From contig JAWMAR010000293.1 in the NCBI GenBank assembly GCA_036785375.1, positions 1,922,001 through 1,986,000 of the forward strand: a stretch of DNA of 64,000 nucleotides. The letters are read 5' to 3'. The translations under genes were made by a program, and so were the position numbers. How positions within the stretch are numbered: position 1 is the stretch's first letter; each line of letters begins with the position of its first letter. Source of the stretch: Leucoraja ocellata. Its lineage: Eukaryota. The notes beneath the pieces are model-generated. The model saw only the letters and a list, made by a program, of their open reading frames with translations. It did no database searches and had not been told where the DNA came from. Positions 62,402 to 64,000 of this stretch are shown one piece after another.

Positions 62402-63712
62402 CTAGACTAAGTGGGATCCTTTGGGTCCCAGCATCACACAGGAGGGCTGGTCTCCCAACGCAATATTCCACCTCTCCACCAATTCCAATATTGGTGTACA
62501 CCCCAGCTGTATGAACATTGATTTCTCCAATTTCAGTGGGGGGGGGGGGGGGGGGATGGTTTCCAGAGGGCTAGTATGGACATTGTGGGCCGAATGGATT
62601 ATTGGGCTGGTGGCACAGTCACTTAAGCCTGTTGTGCTGGCAGCTCGCTCACTCACAGCTGGTGGGCTGGCAGTTGACTCACGGCTATTCCTTGAAATTC
62701 CATTTCAAGCAGGGTGCAAGGCCACCAAATTCAAGTGCAGTTTCATTTTATTTCAAGCAGGGTGCAAGGCCACTAAAGACAGCAAGTCGTGACCTCTTCC
62801 TCCTCCTCCTCCAACTTGCAGAGACTGAGCCACTCCCACACTTCTGGGTTTTATAGTCCTCCCCCCCCCCTCCCACCAGAAGGGGCATTGCCTTCATGGC
62901 GTGATTGACAGGAGAGAGAATCTCAACGTTTTTTAAACACTAATAACTCTTTTATTTTTCATCGATGGGAAAAATTCTCGGCACTTGATGAGCAGAGGGG
63001 GACTGAGTAAAATGGTCAAAAATCACAGCCGTACGTGGTAGCGTTTTTTCTAAAATCAATATAAAGTGCAAACAGGAAGTGGTCAAGATTAGACTTTTAA
63101 TTATATAGAAGGCAAGACAACTTTAATTAGGCAAGGCAACTTTAATTAGGCAAGGCAATTTTAATTAGGCAACACAGCTTTAGCATTTCCAAACCAAAGG
63201 CAACACAGCTTTGGCATTTCCAAACCAAAGGCAACACAGCTTTAGCATTTCCAAACCAGAGGCAACACAGCTTTAGCATTTCCAAACCAATGGCAACACA
63301 GCTTTAGCATTTCCAAACTATATTTTCCAAACCACATTAAGGGCACTGACAGGTCAGTAAAACCACTCACAGTTTAGTAGACATGTGTTCAGCGTTATTC
63401 ACAGCTCAGACTGAGAGACATGATCCTCTCGCTCCCCCATCTTGCAGAGACTGACTGAGGCACTCAACACTTCCTGGTTTTATAGTCGTCCGGAAGGGGC
63501 GCGGCTTTCAGGAGAGACAATCTCAACATTTTTTAAACACTAATAACTCATTTATTTTTCATCGATGGGAAAGATCCTCTTGTCCTGCGCAGCAGAGGGG
63601 GGGGGGGCTCCGAGTAAGATGTCCAAAAATCACAGCCGTAAGTGGTAGCGTTTTTTCTAAAATCAATATACAGAACAGGAAGTGGTCAAGATCAGACATT
63701 TAGTAATATAGA
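62402..63712 (-). mobile_element. Non-autonomous Helitron with two 5' modules
   Basis: Minus strand A|TCTATATTACTAAATGTCTGATCTTG...gggacccaaaggatccc-acttagtCTAG|T; second 5' end TCTATATAATTAAAAGTCTAATCTTG at 63109; internal 19-bp and 31/32-bp tandem repeats at 63110-63320. Confidence 0.88.
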
Positions 63713-64000
63713 TTGCATTCATTGCAATGTGTAAAAAGAGTTGAGATACTGTATTATAATTTTGCTGCATGTCATTGTGGTTTATATCATGTCTTGATTG
63801 GTGAATATGTTTAGTTTTTGACTTTCGTTGAAGCAGAAATAATATGTGAATGCTTCATTGAGCATAATTCCGACTGCTATGTACTTCGTCCGAGCACATT
63901 ATCGCACGCGTCATGCAAGCCATCTTAAATGACCACATAAACTGTCATTTGGCAACCTTAAAAGCTGCCTAGATTGCCCGGCTGATAACAAGGGAAAAAA

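Larger units (their letters stand above)
58040..64000. mobile_element. Probable large hAT-like non-autonomous element hosting nested insertions; right end beyond the window
   Basis: Starts ctgggatcgaaatgaacagttgcccggttgcc..ggcaacctaaaagc; the same ggcaacc..aaaagc / ttgcccgg motifs recur at 63950-63982. Confidence 0.5.

Noticed and set aside
34130-64000. PCIF1, the neighbour of PLTP in mammals
   Set aside because: No WW-domain or other PCIF1-like exon recognised; atggccaatg at 52394 is CR1 sequence.

Overview
Eukaryotic vertebrate genomic DNA, most likely from a cartilaginous fish such as a skate or ray (inferred from the HE1-like SINEs, CR1 tails ending in (TTTCTATG)n and the repeat mix). 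The only host gene I can reconstruct is PLTP (phospholipid transfer protein) on the minus strand. It has ten coding exons between 17518 and 1776 (1119 nt, 373 codons), all with GT-AG introns and phases that join in frame. The last exons lie left of the window and the non-coding exon 1 was not located. The rest is dense, often nested transposon sequence: CR1, Rex1/Babar, RTE and RTEX-like LINEs, Penelope-like fragments, SINEs, two solo LTRs, Tc1/Tigger, hAT and PIF/Harbinger elements, and non-autonomous Helitrons. Most notable observations: (1) a minisatellite just upstream of the PLTP start codon whose unit is an estrogen-response-element palindrome, next to a perfect DR1 site; (2) minimal hammerhead-ribozyme cores tied to Penelope-like ends, including a head-to-head pair; (3) an intronless EIF4G2 fragment fused to a piece of the neighbouring LINE; (4) an inverted local duplication that looks like a CR1-mediated transduction and preserves an empty insertion site; (5) a 1.57-kb foldback Harbinger-type element and a Helitron with two 5' ends. 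All calls are from reading the sequence by eye; no searches or folding programs were run.
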